A stretch of 64,000 nucleotides of DNA, taken from assembly GCA_963693365.1 (NCBI GenBank), contig CAVNZM010000004.1, forward strand, positions 330,448 through 394,447, in the 5' to 3' direction. Positions 1 to 11,516 of the stretch are shown here, piece after piece. Made by a program: the position numbers and the translations under genes. This DNA comes from Amoebidium appalachense. Lineage: Eukaryota; Protista; Ichthyosporea. The notes under the pieces were generated by a model. The model made no database searches. It saw nothing but the letters and a program-made list of their open reading frames with translations, and was not told the DNA's origin. Position 1 is the first letter of the stretch; each line of letters opens with the position of its first letter.

Positions 1-111
1 AAGCGACAGATTCACCTTTGTGTGGGTGTTGGGTTGCGGAGCTATGCCGCATATGCCCAGACCCTTTTGCTTTTGCCTGGGCTGCGTTTTTCTGACGGGG
101 TGTGCAGGAGG

Positions 112-1444
112 ATGGAGGACGAGCCACGGCGGCGCATGTGGCTGCTGCTTGTGTTTTTGAACTTCACGGCCCTGCTGCTGGCTCTGCTGCTCTACCCGGA
201 GTTTGCTGTGCTGGGCCGCTTCCAGGAGGCACTGTGCACGGTGGGTGTGCGTGTGTATGTGGGTGGGTGGGTGTGGGGGTGTGGGTGGGTGGGTGTGGGG
301 GTGTGGGTGGGTGGGTGTGGGGTGGGTGGGTGGGTGTGTCGTGTGGGTGGGTGTGGGTGGGTGTGGGTCGGTGGGAGTGGGTGGGTGGTTGTGGGGTGGG
401 TGGGTGCGCGCGCACACACACGTGTGTTGCATGATGTTGTGTATTATTTACAGATTTATTTATTTTCACTCTCCTTTGTCTTTTTTTCCTTCTTGGGGAT
501 TGTGCTGATGTTTGTGTGTGCTCGTCTCCAGACAGGTCCTGGTGTGTGTGCATGCGTGTGTGCATGATGAGTGCCTTGCATGCATGCATGTGTTATGCAT
601 GTGTGCATGTTGAGTGCCTTGCATGCATGCGTGTTATGCATGTGTGCATGTTGAGTGCCTTGCATGCATGCATGTGTTATGCATGTGTGCATGTTGAGTG
701 CCTTGCATGCATGCATGTGTTATGCATGTGTGCATGTTGAGTGCCTTGCATGCATGCATGTGTTATGCATGTGTGCATGTTGAGTGCCTTGCATGCATGC
801 ATGTGTTGTGCATGTGTGCATGTTGAGTGCCTTGCATGCATGCATGTGTTATGCATGTGTGCAGTTCGTGCCTTCACTCTTGCCTCCCCGCGTATAAGCA
901 CATGTGCTCGTGTGTGTTCCCCTCCACACCTACTCACCATATGCGCAGGTTGAGGGCAAGGCAGCATTCAGGTTCTACGAGAGTCAGGCCAAGATCACAG
1001 TCAATGTGACGGTGGGGGAGGACACCTTCCGGGCCAGTGCCTGCAACCCCATAGACTGTGACGTCAATGGGGGGGGCTTCATGGACAAGAGGGAGTGGCT
1101 GCAGATGTACAGGCTGGGGGAGACATACCCGTGCCTGTACGACCCACAGAGGGATGAGAATGGGTTTCAGTGGGTGGTCTTTGCCCCCCCAGTATACACG
1201 GTACGTGAATGCATGGTGGGGGGGATGCATGGCTGTGCGGGCTTGGTGTGCCCTGGCATGGGTGGCATGGGCAGTGCGCACATACAGTCACCGCGCGTTA
1301 TAGTGCCCCTATAATACAGCCCCCCCCCCCCCCCCCCCCCCCCCCCCCGTGATGTCACCATTTTGGGGTCGCGTGCAGGATTTGAACACGGACACATTAC
1401 GATATTGCATCCGCCGCGATATAATGCCCCCCCGTAGTGTAACT

Positions 1445-1478
<34 letters not shown>

Positions 1479-2415
1479 TATCGAGCGGCGACTGTAGCTG
1501 TACTACGGGCATGCATGGGATGGTATGCACGTGCGTATGCATGAACATGATCATGCGCCAATGTGTACAAATGCATGAACATGCATGCACACATGCGCGC
1601 ACACGCACATGCACATGTGCTCGCAATGACGCATGCACATGTACATTATCATGCACATGCACACACACACGACACGCTCATGCACACGCAGGCATACAGG
1701 ACACACAAATGAAAACACACATACTCGATACACGTGCATCGGCACAGGTCACACGCACATGCACATGCATGCACACGCACATGCCCATGCACACAAATAC
1801 ACATGCATAAGCACATACACGCACATGCGCATGTACGGGCACATGCACATGCACACACGTGCATAAGCGCATGTACATGCACATGCACATGCACATGCAC
1901 ACACACAAACACACATGCGCATGCACACATCCACACGTACATGCACATGCTGCTTCGCACATGCGGATGCGCACATTCACACGCACATGTGCGTACTCAT
2001 ACTTACCCACATACTCTCTATGTGCATGCACACACGTGCATACTCATACTTACCCACTTAGCCTATGTGCATGCACACACGTGCATACTCATACTTACCC
2101 ACTTAGCATGCACACATACACGTGCACACATACACATGCGCATGCGCATGCACACGTACACACAGGTTGTGCGTGGGTGTTTGCTGACCCTTGTTTCTTT
2201 CAGGTGACGCTGTGGCTTGTGCTGTTGGTGTGTGCTGCAGTGGGGGTGTTTGGCAGCATCTACACGCTGTTCCAGCACATACGAGAAAACGGCCTGCAGA
2301 CACACAGGGTCACCGGATGCCTGGTGGCTGCTTGGGGGTCAGTGAGGGGCGCAGTCGTGCGCAGGGCACAGAAGTACTGGCCATGGAAGGGCAGGCCTGC
2401 AGAGGTGTGTGTATG

Positions 2416-2471
<56 letters not shown>

Positions 2472-3614
2472 CGTGTGTGCGTGAATGGTGGGTGTGTGGG
2501 TGTGTCCTGGGTGCTTGCTGGCCTGTGCGTGCACACATGCATGCGCGTGTGTGGCCATGGAAGGATGTGTGTGCAAAAATGCACGTGCTGTGTGCTTGTG
2601 CCGTGTGGGATGTGTTGCTGCCTATCCGCCTAGCTGCAGCTGTGTGAGTGTGGGGTGGCCGTACATCTTGGTCGTGTGTTTGATGTGTGCACAGGGTGTT
2701 ATGGTTGCCTGGGTGTGGATGGTGATGGTGGTGCTGGCGGTGTTCATTTGGGCAATGGGACTGCCGCTTCGTTTCTTGATGGTACTCTGGGGGGGAGGGA
2801 GGGGGGAGTGTGTGTGTGTGGGGGGGGGGGGGGGGGGGGGGGGTAGGTAGAAGACTTTTTTTTTGGGTGGGGGGGGTGGGGGGGGGGGGTAGCGTTTAGT
2901 TGTGTGTGTGGGGGGGGCTGAATATATAAATGTGACAAGGGCATGGTGCTGAGTGCTGCATGTGTGGCTGCAGGGCATAGAGATGGAGGCTGGGCGGCCA
3001 CCGAGGGCTGGCAGCAGCGAGAGCCTGCCCCCGGCATACGAGCCACCACCCCCAGCGTACGAGGACTATGACGTGAATGCTGACACGGACAGGGCCAGTG
3101 CAAGGTGCGTGCCACGGACACTCATGCATATCCACACATGCACACGGCCACACATGTATGCATGTGCCCTTACACATGACATAATGATACGCTGGATACA
3201 CAAACACACATGCCACGTGTCGTTGGATACACATGCACGCACACTGGATACACATGCACACATGCGCTGGATACTGTAACACATGCACAACTGCGCCGGA
3301 TACGCATGGCATTGCATTGCACTGCCCAAGTACTTGATACGCATGCCCACGTGTGCCCTCCACTTGATACACATGCACGCATGTACACACCCACATAGGC
3401 ACGGATGCCCACGTGCACACATGCACACGGTCGAGCACTAGGCGTGCATAGCTAGGGCAGGGAGCACACACTTGCACACAGACAGTTCACGTGGCCGTGC
3501 ATCACTAACACCGACTGTTGGTGCAGTGGGAACCTTGAGGCCGTGGAGCTGGGCCACAGTTCGGGCCCAGGCAGCAGCAGGGGATATGCCCGGCTGACAA
3601 GTGCCGACGACTAG
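112..3614 (+). CDS. Two-transmembrane protein, BK-beta (KCNMB)/TipE-like architecture, cytoplasmic tail with PY motifs; 5 coding exons, ~266 aa
   Basis: Exons 112-240, 949-1200, 2204-2404, 2974-3104 and 3527-3614 join in frame with GT..AG introns; CACTAAC branch site at 3503; TAG at 3612-3614. Protein: TM1 (WLLLVFLNFTALLLALLLY), Cys-containing loop (EALCTV...CNPIDC...GETYPCLYDP), TM2 (VTLWLVLLVCAAVGVFGSIY), tail LPPAYEPPPPAY...GYARL. An acceptor at 105-107 means an upstream exon may exist. Family assignment is by motif resemblance only. Confidence 0.8.
568..863. repeat. 43-bp intronic minisatellite, ~7 copies
   Basis: TGAGTGCCTTGCATGCATGCATGTGTTATGCATGTGTGCATGT starts at 568, 611, 652, 695, 738, 781 and 824. 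Confidence 0.95.
1285..1494. mobile_element. Tc1/mariner-pogo-type MITE (210 bp) with TA target-site duplication
   Basis: Left end TA|CAGTCACCGCGCGTTATA; right end TATATCGAGCGGCGACTG|TA, whose reverse complement is CAGTCGCCGCTCGATATA (15/18 match). Internal poly-C (1320-1348) mirrors poly-G (1445-1475). Lies in intron 2 of gene 1. Confidence 0.8.
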
Positions 3615-4442
3615 AAAGAGTTAACCCCTATGTGCTGTCAGATGATGCAGCCTATGTCTGTAGCACACATGAAGTGCACGGCCGGACCGTGCCAGATTGT
3701 TTTAAATAGCGCATAGGTGGGGTGCAGCCCCCCTGCAGGCCGGGGCAGGCATGCACCCCTACCACATATTCGTAAGGGCATGGGCCCATGTACCAGTAGA
3801 GTGCATATAATCGGGTGGGCTGCATCTACCTCCCCATATATCATGTTTTTGAGGTGCCTATGTGTGCACATGAGCTATATTTTGTTGGTTGGACGTTAAC
3901 AGCTTGTATGAGGTGAGAGTGTTCGCAGTTGTGGCAATCGGCTACACATGCATGCACGCACAAGCACACAAAGGCCATTCAAACACACAGCCACGCACCT
4001 ATTAAGATTATCAGTTTCTCTATGGCATCGATCAGAATTGACGTCACACACGTATGTAGTAACTTAAGATGTCTCTGCCGTCGGCATCGTTTTATATAAT
4101 GATCCACCTTTGCCCGCCAGTGGCCACTCCAAATAAACAAGATATATATATTATTTTCCTTGCGAAGTAAATTCTACTTTTTTTTTATTGTTTTATAAAA
4201 TATCATGGGCCTTCATAGGCACATGTACCACCCGTACATTCAATAGGCTCCGTACGTGAGTGGGCCCAGGGTGCCTCTGACACCACAACACACAGCATTT
4301 GCGTAAGACTCTGAGAGAATGAGGCGGCAGTTGGGACCCCATGTGGGGTCACCCTGCGGGGGTTCGAAGATGGGGAACTTCGGGAGGCTATATACACACG
4401 TACGGGATGCATGGCTGCATTATAACAGCGCCGGGGGCGGCA

Positions 4443-4477
<35 letters not shown>

Positions 4478-5131
4478 GCCTTAGGCAGAGGCAAATGGGA
4501 AGCGTACCGTTCAGCACCGGTGCAGCCCCGCTAAGGAGAGGGGGGGGGGGGGGTCCAGCCCCACTAATGAGAGGGGGGGGGGGGGGGGCGGAGGGGGGAG
4601 TTTTGGGGGGAGGGGCTTGGGGGGGGGGGGGGGGGGCAGAGGCAAGGGGGAAACGTGTAATACTGCACCGGCCAGTGCAGGCCGTTCACTAAGCAGATGC
4701 AAAAACCTTAAGACAAACATGGGAGCAGAAGGGGCCGGTTTGGGTGTGCGTACGTCCATGTGCCCACTGCAACTTGCAACGGTATGGCCCACGGTGGGGG
4801 GGTACGTGTACACATGTGTATGTGTCAGTGTGTTGTGGTGCACCGGTGGTGGTTGATAATCAGTGGTATAAATAGGGGGCCTCTCTAGCTCTACCAATGA
4901 TTGCCGTTTTCCCCTTGAAGGTCTTCGTTTTTCTCAGACTAACATGGCATGGCACCTAAAGAATACTCCCTCCCCCCCCTCCAGGTCCCCCCACCGCCCT
5001 CCCCTCCCCCCACCCCTACCCCCCACCCCGGGCCACGTGCACCCCACCCCGGGCCTACACCACACACGCAAACACATCATGATACACACATGTGCACAGC
5101 ACACACACACACACTGTGGCACAGACACAAA

Positions 5132-5167
<36 letters not shown>

Positions 5168-5498
5168 ACATACACAAAAAACTGAGCCCAAAACACACAC
5201 ACGTGCACACACACGCCTTTGACGGACCATTCGTTCAGCTTCCACGTACGGAAATAAACTCATCCATCATCACCAGCCACCCATCCTCTCAGCAAAGCAT
5301 GTGGGAGTGTCAACCTCTCCGTGTGTCTCGGCCCATGGGCATGTATGCGAGTGCGCGGGGCGTGACGCCGGGCGCAAGCCTTAGACGGAAAAAGAAAACT
5401 GTTATTGTGACAGCAAACCCGAAGGGAAGGGAAGGGGAGGACCGTTACTTACGCATGGTCTAAAGCATGTTTTGTGTATGTGCTTGACAATTTGTGTG

Positions 5499-5556
<58 letters not shown>

Positions 5557-5778
5557 ATGTGTGTGTGTGTGTGTGTGTGTTGGGAGGTGAAGACTGAGGG
5601 GGGCGAAGAGGCAGGGGAGTAAAACATTGCGAGTACAATTGTGTTTGTTTGTGTGGCCTGCGACAATTGTGTTTGTTTGTGTGGCCTAAGTTGGGGTGAA
5701 GGGGATTTCTGAGTCATGCACGAGACGACAGATCTTCAAAACAAACTTTGAAAAAGAAAGAAAGCGGCCGAATATCTA

Positions 5779-5867
5779 GAAGAGATCGAATATGGGTCCC
5801 AGAGCTGACCATGCAAACCTCTGAAGAGATCGAATATGGGTCCCAGAGCTGACCATGCAAACCTCTG
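5779..5867. repeat. Perfect 44-bp tandem duplication
   Basis: GAAGAGATCGAATATGGGTCCCAGAGCTGACCATGCAAACCTCT occurs twice back to back. Confidence 0.95.
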
Positions 5868-6630
5868 CTCCATTCGCGCTTTCAAAAGGCCAAAATATTA
5901 TTGGCTGTCGTGTGTGCCTATGTGTGTGTGTTGGTGTGTGTGGGTGTCACGGTGTAGCCTCAGTATGTTTTGGGTGATTGGCAGGAAAGGGATCCGGAGG
6001 GGAAGGGGAGGGGGGCGGGACAGGGGGCAGGGGCTATGCAATGTGCAGCAATGCTGAGAAGTTAAAACTTTGAAAGGAAGACATCTGCAATATTATGAAA
6101 GGCTGGAGGCTTGTAAGTTGTTGGATGGTTGCCTGAAGAGGCTGAAGTGCTGTGATCACGGTGTGTGCGTGTGTGTTGCGCACGGATGCTCAGTATGTGT
6201 GTGCAGGAGGGGAAAGGGGTTGGTCCCGATGAGTAGGGAAAATCATGCATGGGGAAGGGGGGGAAGGCATACGTATGGGTGGTGCCACTGGCCAAGCAAG
6301 CTGTGGGATCATCCATGACAGGCATTGTGATGTAGGGCATGGATGTGTGTGATAAAACAGCCGGTGGGGTGGGTGACAGCGGTAGGACGAATGGGGAAGA
6401 GAATCTGGGGGCAGCAAGCCACAGTTAGGGGCCGAGAGACCAAGCGGGTAGCTTAGAGCAGAGAGAGGGACGATTATACTGCGAAACAGAAGTGCTGGTA
6501 CGGGCATTTATTGGGCATTCGAGCGGTACATTCTGTAAGTATGGGCATCATCGGTCACTCATATTATAAGCCTACCCCGTAGGCGTGACCTGGCGCATGG
6601 CACCTACTAGGCTACCCATGTTTAGATGAC

Positions 6631-6856
6631 TAATTAAATCATTTGGCTACTGTCTAAGTTTAATCACTAATAATCAAATCATTTGGCTACTGTCTAAGTT
6701 TAATAACTAACAAATTGGCTACTGTCTAAGTTTAATAACTAATAATCAAATCATTTGTCTAAGTTTAATAACTAATAACAAAATCATTTGGCTTTTGTTA
6801 GTTATTAAACTTTTTGGCTTTTGTTAGTTATTAAACTTACTGTCTAAGTTTAATAA
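6631..6856. repeat. AT-rich ~40-bp scrambled tandem/inverted repeat abutting the carbonic anhydrase stop codon
   Basis: Units of AAATCATTTGGCTACTGTCTAAGTTTAATAACTAA with internal deletions, plus two inverted copies (TTTTGTTAGTTATTAAACTT) at ~6793-6838. Confidence 0.9.
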
Positions 6857-8416
6857 AACCTCAAACCTTCACTTGTGGCCTTGGTGGAGTCATAGACAAT
6901 GCGGTCGTTGAGGGGCTGTGTGGGGCGGAAGTTTCCAGCCATCTTGCGACCCAACTCGTCCTTGACGCTGCGCAGGAGCTGCAGCTGGTTCCTAGTTGCA
7001 CTGACGGGGGTCTGCATGACCACCCACGTGACTGCCTCGTTGCACATGGGCGTGGTCAGAGACCCCTGGCGGTATGTCCAGTAGGCCATACTGGAAGGGA
7101 ACAGGGACGGGTATGTGAGGGCCGTCACAGACACCGTCTCCTTCTCGGAGAACACAGCAGGAATCTCGTCGTCAAATTTTGGTTCGAATCTTTCATTGGA
7201 CAGGGCCCTGATCTGGGGTGCGATGGCAACCAATGGGGCGTAAGGAGTTCGGCCCTCCTCAATGAACACACCAATCACAAGCAGGCCGTCCCCGTGGGTG
7301 ATGGCGTTGGTCAGGTTGCCATATTTGGCATTCATGTGCACCATGTGGAGCTCGGCTGGATGGTGCTTGCCGTTAACCCTGGGGGTAGCAAGTGGGTGTG
7401 AGTGGGTGCGAAAAGGGACAGACGGAGAGGAGGGATTTTGCGCAAGAAGACAAACATGCAACGCCTGAGAAATGTATGGAGTGAAAGGCTACAGTGTGGA
7501 CAACTTGAAGCTCGGAGAAGCCGTATGTACTGTACTTTGTCTATTTTATGAACACACAGTTATGATAGCAGCACACCTGCTCACTACGGCTGTACATACC
7601 AGTCGTCAATGCGGGCCACCATGCACCTACTGCTATTGAAGTCACCTGCAGCACAACACCTTGGTGCATGCATGGGGGCACATGGCCTGGGGTGCTTACG
7701 TGTGCTCGGAGCCGGTGGTGTGGTCTGCGCCCCAGTGCAGGTGGAACTGAAGGAAGATGTAGTTGTCGTAGTGTGTGCCGTTGAAGAACTTCACGGTGAT
7801 GGGGAACTCGCTCCACAGTGTCGCGTCCATCTGTACATGTACATAAGCATAAGCGTTAATGGATGATGTGTGCACGTGATTGCCTGGCCTAGGTGCGCAC
7901 CGCATCAGCTGAGGATTCAGAGAGAGGGGGGTTTCGGGAAGAACTGAGCCATAGAGAAGGAGAAAGCAACGATGCACATTAATCATGGTGCAGCCTTGCT
8001 CATGAAAACAAATGCATGATATGATGCCCGAGTGGCATAACAACAGTGGTAGCTGTGCAGCTGCATGGTGCACACACCTGGATAGTATGGCCGTTGTTGC
8101 TGACATTGTAGGCGGCCAGACTCATGGGGCTGAGGCTGATTGTCCACCTCTTGAGCGCATCGGTGCCCTGTGTGGCCGTGGTTGGGATATTGATGGGCGA
8201 CTGGTGCGTGCCTCCACAGCTTTGGGGGAACTTTCCAGGCCAGTTCTTGGGCCCATTTTCAGCCTCACGGTCGTAGCTCCATTCGGACCGCCGGCCACGG
8301 ATGAAGCTGAGCTCTGAGTGCGGCACCACACGCACAGGCGCACTGCTGGATGCGGGCGCAGAGGCAACAAGGAGGGCGGCCGTGGAGGCCACGGCACAGA
8401 ACAGAACAGACCGCAT
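6850..8416 (-). CDS. Alpha-carbonic anhydrase, secreted type; 3 exons, ~332 aa
   Basis: Exons 8416-8078, 7830-7700 and 7378-6850 total 999 nt in frame. Signal peptide MRSVLFCAVASTAALLVASA; motifs WSY, GPKNW, QSPINI, NNGHT (proton-shuttle His), QFHLHWG and GSEH, ELHMVH (three Zn His ligands), GSLTTPMCNEAVTW, NFRPTQPLNDR; Cys pair typical of extracellular alpha-CAs. Confidence 0.96.
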
Positions 8417-10008
8417 GATGATCAGTGTTCGCCGGGAAGAAGGCTCAACTGGGGGCGGTGTGGCTTTCACAACGGGGAACTTTGGAAATCGAAACGGCGG
8501 CAACGTCTCTTATAGCTGCTTTTTTAGGGGCAAATTTTATGCGAACCAATAGAAACAGTGCGAAATCGCTCATTGGGCATACTATTGTGCGCAGTTCGAA
8601 AAGGTGATCAAAATGCAGTAATGGAACGATGGCAAGTGGCTTGCATGGCATGCTCTACAATGCATATAGATACCTTTATGTTTCTGTAGCCTAGTGACTG
8701 TACCTGTAGACATGTCCTCCACATGTCCTCCACCCTTTTTGAAATTGCGGGCTTCCTATTGGCTGGTGTCAGCCAATCATATAGCAGACAATCACCGTCT
8801 TTGGGCTTGCCGTGTGCCGAGTTCAGCTGAGTCAGCTCATCCTAATATTTTTTTATATAATGACTTTATTGATGTGCTCATGCAGAAAAGGAGATATCGC
8901 AGATATCTCAAAGAGACGACTGGTATCGAGTCGCTCACATAATGTACATGTGGAGGTAGACTCGCAGATATATACATAATACCCAAAAATTATATTGGAC
9001 ATATTAGCAAGTCTGAGTCATGACCAATGTGGATGAAGTCTACGATTAAAGCCTATCTATTTTGTGCGCACGTGACTCACATGATTTATTACTTTGAATA
9101 CAGAAGTCTCTCTACTGTAACAATGTATCAACGTGTATATATATTGCAGAGTTATGTGCAAACTTTCAAAGTGTCTGCTCACGTGTGCTGTAACATGTGC
9201 CTGACGTGAACGCGTCACTGCCGCATGCAACTTCTATAAATAACTTTGAATAGTGTAGGAATTTCATGATTCATGATGCCCGGCATGTCCCATACAGCAA
9301 GTCGGAACCTCGTGACGGATTATCATAGTTGTAGGCTAAATCAACGAAACTTTATAATTTACCTATTGATATCTCAATTGGGACCACACGTATAATGGAA
9401 CTGGTTCAATATAACTTTAGGTATATTTTGCGGAACTATTTTCCGTTTTCCGCCCCCCCAAGTGTTCTGTTCCCGCTGTTCAAATTCTGTAGATCTGGAT
9501 TCATTGGAAGTGTGCCTGCCTCAGGCTGATCATGACAACTGCAACACACCATTCCTACATGGATATCAACCAAAAGAAAATAGTATATACTGTGGTGGTC
9601 TCCTAAACCTTGTGCGGCATGCGCATACATGATATTACAGTGACGCATGTGCATATTATTGTTCTGTACACCGGAGTGTGCCGGTGCACGTGGCTGTTTT
9701 GTGCACATGTTACAATAGCAGCACGATCTCCCTAAACTCCATGTTTACACATCCCTCACCCTGGCTCTGCCTTGTCGGTGCTCCAAAACACACATACAAA
9801 TCCCCCTAGACTCAGTGCCTGCACATGGTCGCATTCACGTGCAGGTCACGTGACACATGCGATGCCATACTGCCGTCTACAGCAACAACCACGGCAGCAT
9901 GTATACCGGCCCAGCACGAAATATACTTATCGGCAGCCCACTGAACTCGCCCATTTTCTCTTTTTCATGTATGTCCCTCCTTTTTTGTAAAATCACCCTT
10001 TTTGGCCT

Positions 10009-11516
10009 CCCGGTAGTGGATTTTGCAGGATTTGACTTCTTTGAGGTCCAAAAACCTCAAATTTTCCCCGGCCCCGCCGGGGAGGGAGAATTCAAAAATT
10101 GCCCGCTCCTGATATGGTACCCGGGCCGTTTTTTTGATGATTCATGATATTCTTGACACAATTATCGATATATCATGCCCCGAACAAAGCCGCTTGAAAT
10201 ACCGGGTAAGCGGCTAGGCTGTTAGGCTGGTACAGTTATTGGTTTTTAGGTTCTTCCACAACTTCATTATAGATGTGTTTCTTCTGTAGCCTGTGGCGTT
10301 TGGCACTACAGACATCTGAGGTACGTACAGCGGCTGCGCGGGCCGGGCCGGTCGACATCGCATCGATCGATATCATGAGCTCTGGCTGTACAGCATTTCA
10401 ACCCCCCCCCCCCCCCCCCCCCCCCCCACCCCCCAACACACACACACGCCCACACACACACACACACACACACACACTTTTTTCTTTGCCAGCTATAAAC
10501 GCGTTACTCTGTTCAATTTTCTTCGCTCTCGTTTGTTTTGGCAATTATGCACTCCAGTCGCCCCATGTGCACGTGCACGGCAGGAACTTTGTATCGGGGG
10601 TTTATGCCATTTGTATTGCTGCGGACATCGTCAGGGGCCCAGCCTCACTTGACGGCCTACTGCGTTTTCCAGCGCAGCCAATGCAGCTAGTGACTTATGT
10701 ACACTGTATGCAATAAAGCAACCCTACAAGTATAGAAACCCCCTTATAGATATGGATAAGCAGAAGCTAGCATTAGCAACTCCGAGAGAAAGTTAAGACA
10801 CCGTATCACAATATCAAACTGTGCAGCACTAATAAGGTGATCTAACACGGTCATTTTATAACGGATATACTGGGGGAAAGAAGTAGAAAAGGGAATAAAA
10901 CCGCCCATAACCTCCGGTTCTACCACATTAATAATAATAGCTAAAAGGTCACACTTATTGATAGATATGAATCCGCGAGTAAACCGCCCCCCACACATAT
11001 TACACATACGAGCAGGAGACACCAAAAACCGATTACAACGCCAAGACATAATCATCTTTGCATATTTATACGAGACACTGACATCATAAATAAACGAATC
11101 TAGCCTACATAGGAGCGAGATTGTCTAACCGTATCTGCCATCTGGGCTACGAGTAGTTGGTGTTTGTTGAATTTATCTTGTGATTGTTATCGATTGGTTT
11201 CTTTTATGTAAGTTATTCCTATTTTATTGTTTATAAATAGCCTACTAAGCCAGGCCACGGCGGCATGGGCCCATCTTGAACAGCTCACGGCCATCTTGAA
11301 CAGCTGTTCAAGATATGACACGCGGGATGAGGGGGGAAAGACTGAGCAAGGCCTCCAATGTGGGTTTGAACAAGTGTGCAACGTTCTTTTCTTATGGTGA
11401 GAAATGCAAAGCAATAGCCCCGGCGGGGTCAAGCATCGGTGGGCGCGCTGGGTGGGGTGGGGAGAAGGGGCGCGGGGGGGGTGGGGGAGAGGGGGGGGGG
11501 AAAATCTACTACCGGG
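10009..11516. mobile_element. Putative non-autonomous element bounded by imperfect inverted repeats (~1.5-1.7 kb)
   Basis: CCCGGTAGTGGATTTT (10009-10024) is inverted at AAAATCTACTACCGGG (11501-11516). CCCCGCCGGGG (10072-10082) is inverted at CCCCGGCGGGG (11418-11428). True ends and TSD are not resolved. Confidence 0.45.

Noticed and set aside
7178-7192. GGTTCGAATC T-loop-like motif
   Set aside because: Lies inside carbonic anhydrase exon 3 on the antisense strand, with no cloverleaf.
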